From a virus, in IMG/VR virus record IMGVR_UViG_3300032213_002454, positions 2,348 through 66,347 of that record: DNA of 64,000 bases. The stretch is one strand, 5' to 3'. Numbering within the stretch: the stretch's first letter is position 1; each line of letters starts with the position of its first letter. Below are positions 39,542-49,367 of the stretch, piece by piece. Made by a program: the position numbers and the translations under genes. The notes beneath the pieces were generated by a model. The model made no database searches. It had not been told where the DNA came from and saw only the letters and a program-made list of their open reading frames with translations.

Positions 39542-41398
39542 CTAAAGAACACCCTGTTGTTTTTGATAATCTTTCATTTTGTATAGGACCATATCCATCA
39601 ATTGTTTTTGAAATTGTGGGCTTGAAAATATTTTACTCATGTCTGCATTTTTATCACCATCAACTCTTCCTCCAACATTTATATCTATTTTTAAATTTCC
39701 ATCAATATTTTGAGACACACCTTCTTTACTTTTTGCTGACATTAAATCTTGTAACGTAGATACTTTGGTGAAAGCATCTGATAAATTCGTTCCCATAGCG
39801 ACTTCATCTCCTACAATACCTTGATAAATTTTTCCTTCTGATAAAACTTTGGGTCTTCCTCCTTCTGGAAGAAATAAGTCTTGCACTCCAGAAACTTGAA
39901 TTTCTTCTTCCGACTTGGTTTTACCTGTAATTTTATTTTTTATACTATCAATTGCATTATTAAATTGCTGAAGTGATGTTACAGTAATTTCAAATTGGTC
40001 AGCAGTATTATTTAATGCCGTATCTATTTTTTGTACTGCAACAATTCCAATTGGAGCAGCTCCCTCTGCTGCACTTTTTGCCGATTCGCCCAATTTATTA
40101 TTTGTGTCTTTAATCTGATTGATTAAGTCCGTTCTTTGTGTATCGGTCATTGTATTTAAGAGCATTTCTTTAATAATATTAATATCTTTGGCTTGGTTTT
40201 CTGTTATCGTCATTTGTGAAATTGCTAATTCTTTTTCAGATTGTTCGGAGGCTTTTTGATAATCTTTTAATGCGTCATTAAAGTCTTGGTCTTCCATTAA
40301 CTGGGCTAAATCACGATTACCTTCTTCAAAACCAGGTAAATCTACGGTTACTGTTCCTCCTGGTTCAAATTGAGCTAATCCTGCAATTAAGTTTTTACTA
40401 TCTTCATCTATTCCCTTTAAACTAAATTTTTCTTCTAACATATCTAATTTGGCCGCTTCTCTTCCTGTGTTTACTAAATCTTCTAAATTAGCGCCAGTCA
40501 AATTAGCTTGTTCTCTTAATCTATACATGTCCTGTGTTGCAATATCAAACTGACCCGTTTCTTTATTAAATTTAAAAGCCGATTTTGTTGACTCAATAAG
40601 TGCATCTTGTATTCCTGCTACGTCGGTTTGAGCCATATGTAATAACTGAAATGGGTCTGACAATTTACCAACAGCCCCTCCCATCATCTGAAAGGCGGCT
40701 GCCAGTTCAATTGCTTTTTCGGGGTCTAAAGCATCGCCCGCTATTTTCTTTGACCCTATAGATTCCATATTAGTTCTTAAAATAGCAGCCTGTTTTGCCA
40801 TCTTTGTCAAACCTTCCACACCAGATTTAAAACCGAATCCACTAATCTTGTTTAAATTTTTCCCCACTTCCGTTATTAATGCTTTTGAATCTAGTCCAGA
40901 CTTTCTAGCCGCCACAGCAACGTCATGTATTTTTTCTAAAGTTTTTTCTTGATTAAGTGTGTATCTACTCAATTCTGCCGAAAGTGTACCTAATTCTTTA
41001 GTTGTCAATCCAGTTGCCTTGGACGTTGCAATTGTGTTTTCTAAAAATTTTTGACTAGGATTAACCATTTTACCCATACCTTCCGCTAAACCATCAACTG
41101 CGTCTGTAACGTCTTTAAAAGATGCGTTTAGGTCTAAACTGTTATGATATGATTCTATAAGTTTTTCCCTGAATCCATTAGCACCAACAACAACTCCACC
41201 CATACTTCTTTGTAGTGTCAATGCACTATCATTCATACTAATAAGTGCTTTATTTGCGTTTTCAATAATGGTTTTTGCTTTAGTGGAGCTGACTACAAAT
41301 TCTTGTATTACTGTTTTTAAATCGTTTGCCTGCTCTATCAGACCTTGAGCATCCGAATAAGAAGTACTTGATGGGGTTGTTGGGGTAGTAGTAAACAT
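39542..41398 (-). CDS. Tape measure protein-like
   Basis: 618 aa, A/L/K/E-rich helical; canonical position after tube and chaperone genes and before baseplate genes. Confidence 0.7.
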   Translation of the reverse strand: MFTTTPTTPSSTSYSDAQGLIEQANDLKTVIQEFVVSSTKAKTIIENANKALISMNDSALTLQRSMGGVVVGANGFREKLIESYHNSLDLNASFKDVTDAVDGLAEGMGKMVNPSQKFLENTIATSKATGLTTKELGTLSAELSRYTLNQEKTLEKIHDVAVAARKSGLDSKALITEVGKNLNKISGFGFKSGVEGLTKMAKQAAILRTNMESIGSKKIAGDALDPEKAIELAAAFQMMGGAVGKLSDPFQLLHMAQTDVAGIQDALIESTKSAFKFNKETGQFDIATQDMYRLREQANLTGANLEDLVNTGREAAKLDMLEEKFSLKGIDEDSKNLIAGLAQFEPGGTVTVDLPGFEEGNRDLAQLMEDQDFNDALKDYQKASEQSEKELAISQMTITENQAKDINIIKEMLLNTMTDTQRTDLINQIKDTNNKLGESAKSAAEGAAPIGIVAVQKIDTALNNTADQFEITVTSLQQFNNAIDSIKNKITGKTKSEEEIQVSGVQDLFLPEGGRPKVLSEGKIYQGIVGDEVAMGTNLSDAFTKVSTLQDLMSAKSKEGVSQNIDGNLKIDINVGGRVDGDKNADMSKIFSSPQFQKQLMDMVLYKMKDYQKQQGVL

Positions 41399-41423
41399 AT
41401 ATTATAAATATGTCCTGATTTGA

Positions 41424-41543
41424 TTATTTTTTTGATTCATCTATTAGTTTGTTTATGTAATATTTTCTTTCGAATGTTGGCATATTTACACAATCATTGT
41501 ACGTAAAATTGCAATATTTACATAAATAATAAATTTCATCCAT
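41424..41543 (-). CDS. Small tail-chaperone C-terminal ORF (gp51/GT-like; probable frameshift extension of 41554-42312; not in ORF track)
   Basis: MDEIYYLCKYCNFTYNDCVNMPTFERKYYINKLIDESKK; its frame stays open upstream through the TTTTTTCGT site of the previous gene. Confidence 0.7.
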   Translation of the reverse strand: MDEIYYLCKYCNFTYNDCVNMPTFERKYYINKLIDESKK

Positions 41544-41553
41544 CAAGATTTTT

Positions 41554-42312
41554 TTATACTGTGAAGAAAGGACGAAAAAACTCCACCCCAAAAGTAACTT
41601 CAAAAGTCACCTTTTCTCCTGATGGGGCGTTAACTGTTCTTTTTAAATCAATTGTTGGTTCACAATCTTTTATGAATTTTCTTATTTCTTTAGAGTCCAT
41701 GATTGGTAATTGATTGACTATTGTTGATATTTCACCTCTGTTATTATTACCATCTATTTCTATTATGTGTTTTTCTAGTGTTTTGGTAATCACAGGAGCA
41801 ACCATCCCTATTGGGTAATCACTTTTTATTTTTTCAATCTCTAAACTTTCACCTATGGATAATAATTTTAGTAAAACTTTCTTTTTTGTTTTAGGTAATA
41901 TTAATTCAAAATATCCATCAGAATTTGGTAAATGTTTTGGTTCATTATATGATATATTTTCTAATAATATTGTTACTTCAAAGGGTTTTCCGTTAGCAGG
42001 GTCTTTTAATTCAAAATTATATTCAGGTCCAAAAGAAGTGTTCCTTAGAAAAATTAATATAACTTTCGCGTCTACATCTAAAAGTTGGTTTACGTCAAAT
42101 CCTGGTTCGTATATTTTTTTTTTCAATAAAGAATTTATTATACCGTCATTCATTATTGCGGTAGACATTAACATATTTTCGTCATTTGCAGTTAGATAAC
42201 CAACTTTTAAAGATTCTTTTTTTGGTTTATAAAAAATACCTTTAGATGGTAAGTTTACAACATCATGTGGTAAATTAAAATCCATTTGTCCATAAATTTG
42301 TGATTGCTCCAT
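41554..42312 (-). CDS. Tail/baseplate hub assembly chaperone, T4 gp26-like
   Basis: VNLPSKGIFY, YLTANDENML, LLDVDAKVILIFLRNTSFGPEY, ends GVEFFRPFF; between tube and TMP. Confidence 0.75.
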   Translation of the reverse strand: MEQSQIYGQMDFNLPHDVVNLPSKGIFYKPKKESLKVGYLTANDENMLMSTAIMNDGIINSLLKKKIYEPGFDVNQLLDVDAKVILIFLRNTSFGPEYNFELKDPANGKPFEVTILLENISYNEPKHLPNSDGYFELILPKTKKKVLLKLLSIGESLEIEKIKSDYPIGMVAPVITKTLEKHIIEIDGNNNRGEISTIVNQLPIMDSKEIRKFIKDCEPTIDLKRTVNAPSGEKVTFEVTFGVEFFRPFFTV

Positions 42313-42356
42313 AGTTTTTTTATTTTAAAAATAGTTTTACAATAATCAATGTAAAT

Positions 42357-42384
42357 AAAAAATCCCACCTGAAAAGATGGGATT
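42357..42384 (-). terminator. Rho-independent terminator after tail tube gene
   Basis: Minus-strand RNA AAUCCCAUCU-UUUC-AGGUGGGAUU (10 bp with one U-G pair) then U tract. Confidence 0.85.
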
Positions 42385-42405
42385 GTAATATATTTTATTT
42401 TTATT

Positions 42406-42894
42406 TTAGTATACTAAAATACATCTGTCAGGTCTTAATGTTGCTTTTACTGTGATAAGTCCATCTTCACTATAACCTAACGAGTCAAAATCAACACTTG
42501 TTAAAAATACCCCTTGTAATATCCATTTTTCAACCGCCACACCTGTTGGGTCTAACATTTCTAAATCAATATCTTTTTTGTATCCTGCAGCATAACCCAT
42601 ACGTCCTGTAACTGACTCAGCGTGTAAACGAACCCACTCCATTAACGCTTGTGATGCTGATGGTCCAATAGGGTCACGGAACGTAACATCAATCGTACCC
42701 CAAGTAAATCTACCTGCAACATATGTTGATGTGTTTAAAAATGGAATTTCCACTTCTTTGATTTCAACTTTTGGTCTTGACGTGGATTCAACATACCAAG
42801 AGTTAATCCCCAAAGAAGAAGGGAAAGTAATGATAAACCTATTTTTTCTTTTAGGTTCATACTGAAAGGGCATTTTCATTAATAAATCAGCCAT
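42406..42894 (-). CDS. Tail tube protein, gp19-like
   Basis: EPKRKNRF, YVAGRFTWGTIDVTFRD, MEWVRL, YKKDIDLEMLDPTGVAVEKWILQG. Confidence 0.92.
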   Translation of the reverse strand: MADLLMKMPFQYEPKRKNRFIITFPSSLGINSWYVESTSRPKVEIKEVEIPFLNTSTYVAGRFTWGTIDVTFRDPIGPSASQALMEWVRLHAESVTGRMGYAAGYKKDIDLEMLDPTGVAVEKWILQGVFLTSVDFDSLGYSEDGLITVKATLRPDRCILVY

Positions 42895-42993
42895 ATCTTT
42901 TGTTTTAAGTTTGTTTTATTTATTTTATAAATATCTAAAAATAATTTTTTTTATTTACTTTTTATTTTTTTTAAAATATTCTATAACTAGAAC

Positions 42994-43884
42994 CTAGTAT
43001 TTAACTTTTTCTCCTCCCTTAGTTAAATATAAGTTTACTGGATTTTCTTCATATTCTTGATTTAACAATTCAGATATTTTCTCAATATTTCTTAGGTCAT
43101 CATCTGAAAAACCAATTAATGGTTCCCATATAGGATTTGCATTAACATCATTTTTAAACATCGGTGTCCCCCTTAATTCCATATTTTTTGACAGTTCTTT
43201 TGCCAAATCTCTGCAATAAGAAATAAAGTTTTTAAGTGCGTTGAATTTTTCTATTTCAGGGTTTGATGCACTACCTTTATTAAACGATACCGGTTCAAAA
43301 ACACACATGTCTAAATATTCATTTAGTTCTGATGGTGATAAAGCTTCAATTTTTGTGTCATTTGATACTTTGTTTCCTATTTTTCTGTACTCATTTAAAT
43401 TTTTCGCCAACTCTCGAGTGTTAATACCTTCTTTATTACTCATTATAAGGTTGTATGTCGCCTCTTTAAGTGTTTCAGGACTATGACCCCTTGCTGTGAT
43501 GATTGCAAATATTGAACCCCCGTTAATACACTCCACAAAGTCTTTCCAAGCAGGACCTGTTTTAGCCATCATGGAATCTAATATGAATCTTTTATTACCT
43601 GGTTCTTTAAAATTTCTAAAAGCCCCCAAAGCATACCCTATGATTTTTTTTCCTCTATAATCAAAAGGTTCAACCCCGATTTCTGACCGATACTCTGCAA
43701 AGTCTTCAGTTGACATTGGGACTTCATTTTCATCTTCATCCACAACCATAATAGATGTTGGCATAAACATGATGTTGTCGTCCCAATCAAACGCATAATA
43801 TTTCAAGTCAGGTCGTCCTACCTCATCAAAACCTTCTTTTATGAATTTTTTAATTCCCCTTTTAACCAAACCTTTTAAATTCAT
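42994..43884 (-). CDS. HAD-superfamily hydrolase/phosphatase
   Basis: Motif I YAFDWDDNI, motif II IITARGH, Lys motif (EKF), motif IV IGFSDDD. Confidence 0.7.
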   Translation of the reverse strand: MNLKGLVKRGIKKFIKEGFDEVGRPDLKYYAFDWDDNIMFMPTSIMVVDEDENEVPMSTEDFAEYRSEIGVEPFDYRGKKIIGYALGAFRNFKEPGNKRFILDSMMAKTGPAWKDFVECINGGSIFAIITARGHSPETLKEATYNLIMSNKEGINTRELAKNLNEYRKIGNKVSNDTKIEALSPSELNEYLDMCVFEPVSFNKGSASNPEIEKFNALKNFISYCRDLAKELSKNMELRGTPMFKNDVNANPIWEPLIGFSDDDLRNIEKISELLNQEYEENPVNLYLTKGGEKVKY

Positions 43885-44021
43885 TACTTTTTAAGTATTT
43901 CTAATAGTTTTTCAAGTTGACTCTCAGTTAAAACAATATTTTGTTTTTTATTAGAAAATGTTTTTTTTCCTGTGTTTGTATAACCAAGAGATTCTTTTAT
44001 TATTTTTTTTTCTATTTTCAT
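43884..44021 (-). CDS. Small 45-aa basic protein (not in ORF track)
   Basis: MKIEKKIIKESLGYTNTGKKTFSNKKQNIVLTESQLEKLLEILKK; fills the sheath-HAD gap, stop overlaps HAD start (TAATG). Confidence 0.7.
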   Translation of the reverse strand: MKIEKKIIKESLGYTNTGKKTFSNKKQNIVLTESQLEKLLEILKK

Positions 44022-44039
44022 TTTTTTATATTGTTATTT

Positions 44040-47000
44040 TTATAGGTCATCAAATGAAGCCCCTGCCGGTGTAATTACAAATTCGATGTCAATATATTCT
44101 AACGCTCTTGTAGGTTTTATAAATATTTTACCTGTTAAAGTGTTAGAGTCTAAGTCTTCAGGTGTGTTAGATACTTGAACTCTAAAGTCAATAAGACCAC
44201 GGTCTCTTCTAATTTGGTCTAATATTGGGTTTACTGAATCCAAGAAATCTTGTCTAACTTTAGCATCGTTTTGTTCAAACAATAATCTAACCGCCACAGC
44301 CGAAATTAACTTACGTGCTTGTAATAATAGTCTTCTAACATTAATTCTATCTAGTGCAGATTCTCTTACTTGTAAAGTTTTATTACCCCATATTACTGTA
44401 CCAACATCATTAAAAGTGGCGATTGGGTTAATTCTTCCTTTATATAATGTATCTCTATCATCTTGAGTAAGATTTCTTCTTGCTCTAATTGCGTTTACCA
44501 AACCTCTTGTGTAACCAGCTGATGCGAACCATGGGAATGCAATATTATCAGTTAATGCGAAGTTTCTAACTACCTCTGATGTTGCTGGTATGTAAAGTTG
44601 TGTGTTTGATACACTATCTAATGTTAAAATCCAAGGATAATAAGTAGCCGTGTAGTTTGAATCAATTCCTGTTTGTTCCAAATTATCTACCGCCTCAGTT
44701 GGGAATATTAATCCTTCAGAAATATCATCATAAGATGGTAAAAATAAGTTAAAGTCTGGTGTTGTACAAACATAAAGTGAATCAGCTCTATCTATTTGTA
44801 CCATTTCTATTGCATCTTCAACTAAATTTGAATTGTTTACATAATCAATACCCGGTGTTGCAAATACATTTATATTAGTTCTTTCAGGGTTAGCAAATGT
44901 ATCTTGACCCCATCGATATGCGTAGTAGTCAGTATTTGCCCAATTTTCTTGATTAGGTCCTGAAATGGATTTGAAAGCTCCCCACCCTGTTGCTGTTGGG
45001 TAAGTAACCGAACTTGCGGCACCATTTATAAAACCAGTTTGACCAAGTGCAAACGTATCTCCGTTTGTTCTATATTCTCTATAAATGTCCCATCCATCAA
45101 AACCACCATAAGGTAAAACTGTGAACTTTCTTGTATTTAGTTTATAGTATGGATTTGTAATATCAGTAGGTTCTGAGTCAAATGAACCAACTCCTACATA
45201 AAATGCACTTTCTCCTGACGTTACGTAGGCTGATGATATAGTAACAATAGTCGCTCCGCTATCTAAGTGGAAACCTTTTGTTTTATATCCCCACTCATCA
45301 CCTGTTGTTGCTGTCGCCAAATTATTAGGAATTTGTTTTCCTTTATATTGGAAAAAGTCATAATCAAATCCAATTCCATTACTTATTCCTAAATAAGCTA
45401 AACGTGGATTTTCACCCGAAGATATTACTTGATTATTTCCTCCACTCGTGTTACCAAACGGTGGGTCATAAACAACTTCACCAGGTGTAAAATATTTAGT
45501 TTTGTAAGGGACAAATGGTGGAGTAGCGTTAGCGTATTCTCTTGAAATATATCCTTCAAAACCACAAGGTAGTGAGTCTATTGGGGCGTCGTTGTTCATT
45601 TCTAACATAACATATTTAGACCTAACTTGATACTCACCATTAGATGTACCAATCTTTTTAGCTATAAAACTATTTTGACTTGGGTTCATAGAACAACCAC
45701 GGAAACTTTCTAAAACAACAACATTAGAGTCTGTATCGTAGAAATCACGAACTAATACGTCAAACGTTAAGTTATTGAATGAGATATTTGCGATTGATAG
45801 TTTTACCAACGTGTTAGCCGCGTTACCATCAGATATTAAAACAAATCTAAATAGGTTAAATACTCTACTACCACGTAATTCAGAGACTAAATAAGGGGTT
45901 TTAGGTGTTTGATATTGTTCCAAGTAGAAGGCAATACTATCTGAATAGTTCAAGTTATTAGAGTCTGTAACTCCAGGTAATTCAACTAAATCACAATATA
46001 GTCCTCTAATTTTTCCTTCGTTATATCCATAATTAAGTAGTGAACTATAGGTTTCTTCCACAAAAATTGGAACATCTGTTCTACTTTTTCCAAAATTACT
46101 TCCTCCAAAAACTTTTCTTAAAAAGTTTGGACTTAGACTGTTCATCGACGTTTCAAACGAGAAGTTTGTATTTTGATAAGTTGTTCCTGTAATAAGGAAA
46201 GTCGCTTTAGGATTTTTAGTAACTCCCGAATAATTACCTGAGCAAACCATTGTAACACCTGTAGTTGCTGAAACTTGAAATAAAGGTCCGTGTTGAGTAG
46301 AACTAAATGTTGAAATACCTCTTGACCTCAAAGTCGCAACAACAACTTCATCATATTCACTGTATGGTGAACCTGAATAATTTGTGGTATAAACTGCAAC
46401 AGTACCTGAGTAAACACCTGAAGCTGGTGTTGATGAAATACCTGACATTGCAACCCCAAAACCAACACCATAGTAACTGTTGTTTGGTGGATTATGAGTA
46501 TAGTTAAATAATGCATAGTACCAAGGGTCGTTTGTTGTTTGTGCGGATAACGAACTTGCAGTTGCTCCTGTTAAATTACCAACACCAAATGTTTCTGAGT
46601 ATAATGTAATTGTTCCTGTACCGTTTGTACTAACACCTGATACTGAATTGAAAGTAGAAGAACTTACACTACCCCAAAATAGAGCGGTATTTCCAGATGT
46701 TGCGGCTGAAGTTGCGAATGAACTAATTCTGTTTGTAACATAAGTTTGTAAGTCTTGATTTACTGAGGAAGTTCCACCATCAAATTGTGTGTACGTATTG
46801 TAGAAACTACCATTTACGTTAATTGCACCTGGTATAGCGGAAGTGAAAGTAACAGTACCTCCAGTTGTTCCTGTAAATGTTATACCCAAAGGACCTGTTG
46901 TGCCTGTTGCCCTCATCGTTGATGGGTTAGGGTTTGCTATTGTAGTAATAGACCAAGATGGTCCCGCATCATAACCAGATAATCCAAGTACTCTTGTTAC

Positions 47001-47273
47001 AAATAATTGATTTGATTGTGTTAAATATGATTTAGCGATATAACCTAATTCATATTTTGGAATTTGTGTGTTTACAAATTTTTCAGGACTAGTACCTCCA
47101 AAATAAGTGGTAAACTCATCAAAATTTGTTATGAAAATTGGTTCAAATGCAGGACCACGAAGTGTCTCTCCCGCTAAACCTAATGTAGTAACCCCAACAC
47201 TTTGAGCTACAAATGTTAAATCTCTTTCTGAAGTATAAACTCCTGGCGAAACGAATATTTTATTAGATGCCAT
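44040..47273 (-). CDS. Contractile tail sheath protein, gp18-like
   Basis: FVSPGVYTSERD N-terminus; PWFASAGYTRG, LYKGRINPI, WGNKTLQ, DRINVRRLL, PTRALEYI. Confidence 0.96.
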   Translation of the reverse strand: MASNKIFVSPGVYTSERDLTFVAQSVGVTTLGLAGETLRGPAFEPIFITNFDEFTTYFGGTSPEKFVNTQIPKYELGYIAKSYLTQSNQLFVTRVLGLSGYDAGPSWSITTIANPNPSTMRATGTTGPLGITFTGTTGGTVTFTSAIPGAINVNGSFYNTYTQFDGGTSSVNQDLQTYVTNRISSFATSAATSGNTALFWGSVSSSTFNSVSGVSTNGTGTITLYSETFGVGNLTGATASSLSAQTTNDPWYYALFNYTHNPPNNSYYGVGFGVAMSGISSTPASGVYSGTVAVYTTNYSGSPYSEYDEVVVATLRSRGISTFSSTQHGPLFQVSATTGVTMVCSGNYSGVTKNPKATFLITGTTYQNTNFSFETSMNSLSPNFLRKVFGGSNFGKSRTDVPIFVEETYSSLLNYGYNEGKIRGLYCDLVELPGVTDSNNLNYSDSIAFYLEQYQTPKTPYLVSELRGSRVFNLFRFVLISDGNAANTLVKLSIANISFNNLTFDVLVRDFYDTDSNVVVLESFRGCSMNPSQNSFIAKKIGTSNGEYQVRSKYVMLEMNNDAPIDSLPCGFEGYISREYANATPPFVPYKTKYFTPGEVVYDPPFGNTSGGNNQVISSGENPRLAYLGISNGIGFDYDFFQYKGKQIPNNLATATTGDEWGYKTKGFHLDSGATIVTISSAYVTSGESAFYVGVGSFDSEPTDITNPYYKLNTRKFTVLPYGGFDGWDIYREYRTNGDTFALGQTGFINGAASSVTYPTATGWGAFKSISGPNQENWANTDYYAYRWGQDTFANPERTNINVFATPGIDYVNNSNLVEDAIEMVQIDRADSLYVCTTPDFNLFLPSYDDISEGLIFPTEAVDNLEQTGIDSNYTATYYPWILTLDSVSNTQLYIPATSEVVRNFALTDNIAFPWFASAGYTRGLVNAIRARRNLTQDDRDTLYKGRINPIATFNDVGTVIWGNKTLQVRESALDRINVRRLLLQARKLISAVAVRLLFEQNDAKVRQDFLDSVNPILDQIRRDRGLIDFRVQVSNTPEDLDSNTLTGKIFIKPTRALEYIDIEFVITPAGASFDDL

Positions 47274-47306
47274 GTTAAATGTAAAGTTTTTTCTTTTATT
47301 TTATAT

Positions 47307-47356
47307 ATAAATACAATAATAAATTGTAAAAAACTTTACTACAAACCAATATTTAT
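47307..47356. promoter_or_regulatory. Divergent TATTTAT motifs for sheath operon (-) and RHH gene (+)
   Basis: ATAAATA 47307-47313 and TATTTAT 47350-47356. Confidence 0.55.
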
Positions 47357-47408
47357 TTCTAAGTAAGAAAAAATTCTACCTTTTTTCTGCCTAATAAAAA
47401 TTAACATA

Positions 47409-47558
47409 ATGAAAAAAATTAAAAACTTAAAAATTTCAGAGGAAACCCATCAAATCCTAAAAAAGTATTGCGAAGTGAATGGATTAAAGATGTATAAATT
47501 TTTGGAAAGTTTGATTAAAAAAAATTGTGAAAAGAAAAAAGACTTGTATGGTGAATAA
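47409..47558 (+). CDS. Ribbon-helix-helix-like small DNA-binding protein (not in ORF track)
   Basis: MKKIKNLKISEETHQILKKYCEVNGLKMYKFLESLIKKNCEKKKDLYGE: alternating beta strand, helix, G turn, helix (CopG/Arc pattern); stop abuts the convergent gene at 47559. Confidence 0.7.
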   Translation: MKKIKNLKISEETHQILKKYCEVNGLKMYKFLESLIKKNCEKKKDLYGE

Positions 47559-48794
47559 TTAAACCAAATACGCAACTGTTTTTATTACAGAAGTTTGCGT
47601 AATAAGTTTTTTAAAAGCATTAACAACCAAAGTATCACCATCATTTATTTGGATGACTGATAAATTATCACCTACGTAGTTACCATTTATAAAAACCGAA
47701 AACGAGTCGTTACAAACCGAACTTGTTGTTGATATGGTTACTCCCGTTGAGTTAGAAAAAGATGGTGTTGTTCCTCCTTGAACACAATACGTCGATGATG
47801 TTCCTGATGTAATACCTGAAATTGATATTGGAATACCATTACACCCCGTAAAGTTTAAATTGTTTGATGTATTAGATGTAAATGAAAAATTGTAACAACT
47901 TACCAAATTTTCAACTCCCGAAACTTTTAAATCAACCGTATATCTAAAAACTTCAGACAGAGTGGTAACACCGGGTAGAAAAGTCAAATCCAAATCAAAA
48001 AAATCGGGTCTTGGTGGTTGTTGTTGAACTCTTCTTGATTTGTTGATAGTATCCACTTCAAACATCGAAAGTTGTCTAGTAATCGCTGGTGAAACTTCAA
48101 ACTCATCTTCATCAATCAACAAACCTTTCATGATAAAAGTATAACTTATGATATAGTATTTTCTTTTTCCTATGTCTTTTGCTGACTCATCAGCGACACT
48201 TTCCATTATTAATGGAATATAATGTCCCTTTATTTGTCTATAAGCTTGCTTTGATGTAAATTTTTCCATAACAATTTTATTGAACTCGTTAAGTTCTCTC
48301 ATTCTGTTACAAAATATTTTCACATTATATGTAATGTCAACAGGAATTGGTTGTGGTATTTTATAAACGTCAGCACCTTTTCTTTGACCATCCCATGTTG
48401 GAACCGAATAGTAAAAAAATTGTCTTCTGTTTGGAATATTTGCAGCACCTCCCTGAAATGTTCCATATTTAACTTCAGGAGTTCTTACTGTCGCAATAAA
48501 TGGTAAGGATATATTTTTGTCTAAATCTTGAAAGTCCCATGTTTCAGTAAACTGAGACCAGTTTTGATTTGTAATAATTCTATCTACGGTAGGTACAACC
48601 TTTTCTTCCATTACAAGTTTCAAGTCTTCTTTTACAAAATCCAACATACCTCTATCTAAATCTGCATGTAAAACTCCTTTAGGTAAATAAGTACCATAGT
48701 CAGTAATATCATCAAGCATTTCTTGACGCCTTTCTCGACCTACCTTTTCAGGTATTAATGGTAATGAATTTTTAACTTTTTTTGGTAATGCCAT
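47559..48794 (-). CDS. Tail completion/terminator protein, gp15-like, with C-terminal extension
   Basis: IPQPIPVDITYNVKIFCNRMRELN; position between neck gene and sheath. Confidence 0.65.
   Translation of the reverse strand: MALPKKVKNSLPLIPEKVGRERRQEMLDDITDYGTYLPKGVLHADLDRGMLDFVKEDLKLVMEEKVVPTVDRIITNQNWSQFTETWDFQDLDKNISLPFIATVRTPEVKYGTFQGGAANIPNRRQFFYYSVPTWDGQRKGADVYKIPQPIPVDITYNVKIFCNRMRELNEFNKIVMEKFTSKQAYRQIKGHYIPLIMESVADESAKDIGKRKYYIISYTFIMKGLLIDEDEFEVSPAITRQLSMFEVDTINKSRRVQQQPPRPDFFDLDLTFLPGVTTLSEVFRYTVDLKVSGVENLVSCYNFSFTSNTSNNLNFTGCNGIPISISGITSGTSSTYCVQGGTTPSFSNSTGVTISTTSSVCNDSFSVFINGNYVGDNLSVIQINDGDTLVVNAFKKLITQTSVIKTVAYLV
47712..47897 (-). repeat. Dispersed ~62-aa Cys module, copy C
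   Basis: CYNFSFTSNTSNNLNFTGCNGIPISISGITSGTSSTYCVQGGTTPSFSNSTGVTISTTSSVC. Confidence 0.7.
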
Positions 48795-48796
48795 TT

Positions 48797-49312
48797 TTAA
48801 ATTCCTTTAAATTCGTCATCAACAACAGGTGCCGCAACAATTGACCGATAAAATGGTCTATAACCACCGTATGTGTGTTTATTGTCTGACACTACACGAC
48901 CATCGTCAACAACACTAAAATATCTCACTTTTGATTCTGTTTCGTAATAACCAATATAGTCTCCATAAGAAATATCAATTTCTAAATTGTCTAATTCTTT
49001 TTGATAAACACCAATTTTTAAATTACCTGGTTCGCTTTGTGTTAATTTAGAATTTCCATAATCAGTATTAGTTGGTGCCTCTATTTGTACGTAACCTTTA
49101 AATTCAATTGGAGCTAAAAACTGTATTCCATCTGATAAAGTTTCACCATAAACATCGTCGTTGTTTGTTTTCTGCTTATCCACTCTATATAAGACCAAAG
49201 TAAAATTCATATCACCACCTAACCATTCTTCACCCATGGAAATATCTAAATCAAAATCTTCTTCAGAAAAAAATTTGTTTAGTCTTGTTATAGGAACTCT
49301 TGGTTGTGTCAT
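48797..49312 (-). CDS. Head completion/neck protein, gp14-like
   Basis: LYRVDKQKTNNDDVYGE...ISYGDYIGY; adjacent to tail completion gene. Confidence 0.6.
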   Translation of the reverse strand: MTQPRVPITRLNKFFSEEDFDLDISMGEEWLGGDMNFTLVLYRVDKQKTNNDDVYGETLSDGIQFLAPIEFKGYVQIEAPTNTDYGNSKLTQSEPGNLKIGVYQKELDNLEIDISYGDYIGYYETESKVRYFSVVDDGRVVSDNKHTYGGYRPFYRSIVAAPVVDDEFKGI

Positions 49313-49328
49313 ACTTATAAATACTTTG

Positions 49329-49359
49329 ATTGATTTTTTCTTGAATTTTATTATATTTT
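49329..49359 (+). promoter_or_regulatory. Early/middle promoter of SNF2 helicase gene
   Basis: ATTG-N19-TATATTTT (also TTGATT-N16-TATATT), 8 nt upstream of ATG. Confidence 0.5.
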
Positions 49360-49367
49360 AATATACT

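Noticed and set aside
41540-41581. Canonical -1 frameshift at the chaperone T-run
   Set aside because: The -1 frame hits TGA after about 9 codons; only the +1 (equivalently -2) frame reaches the downstream ORF.
13307-49312. Extracellular contractile injection system or T6SS interpretation of the sheath/tube/baseplate genes
   Set aside because: The genes are interleaved with phage PolB, helicase, SSB, RecA, RNR and neck genes, which fits a replicating myovirus.
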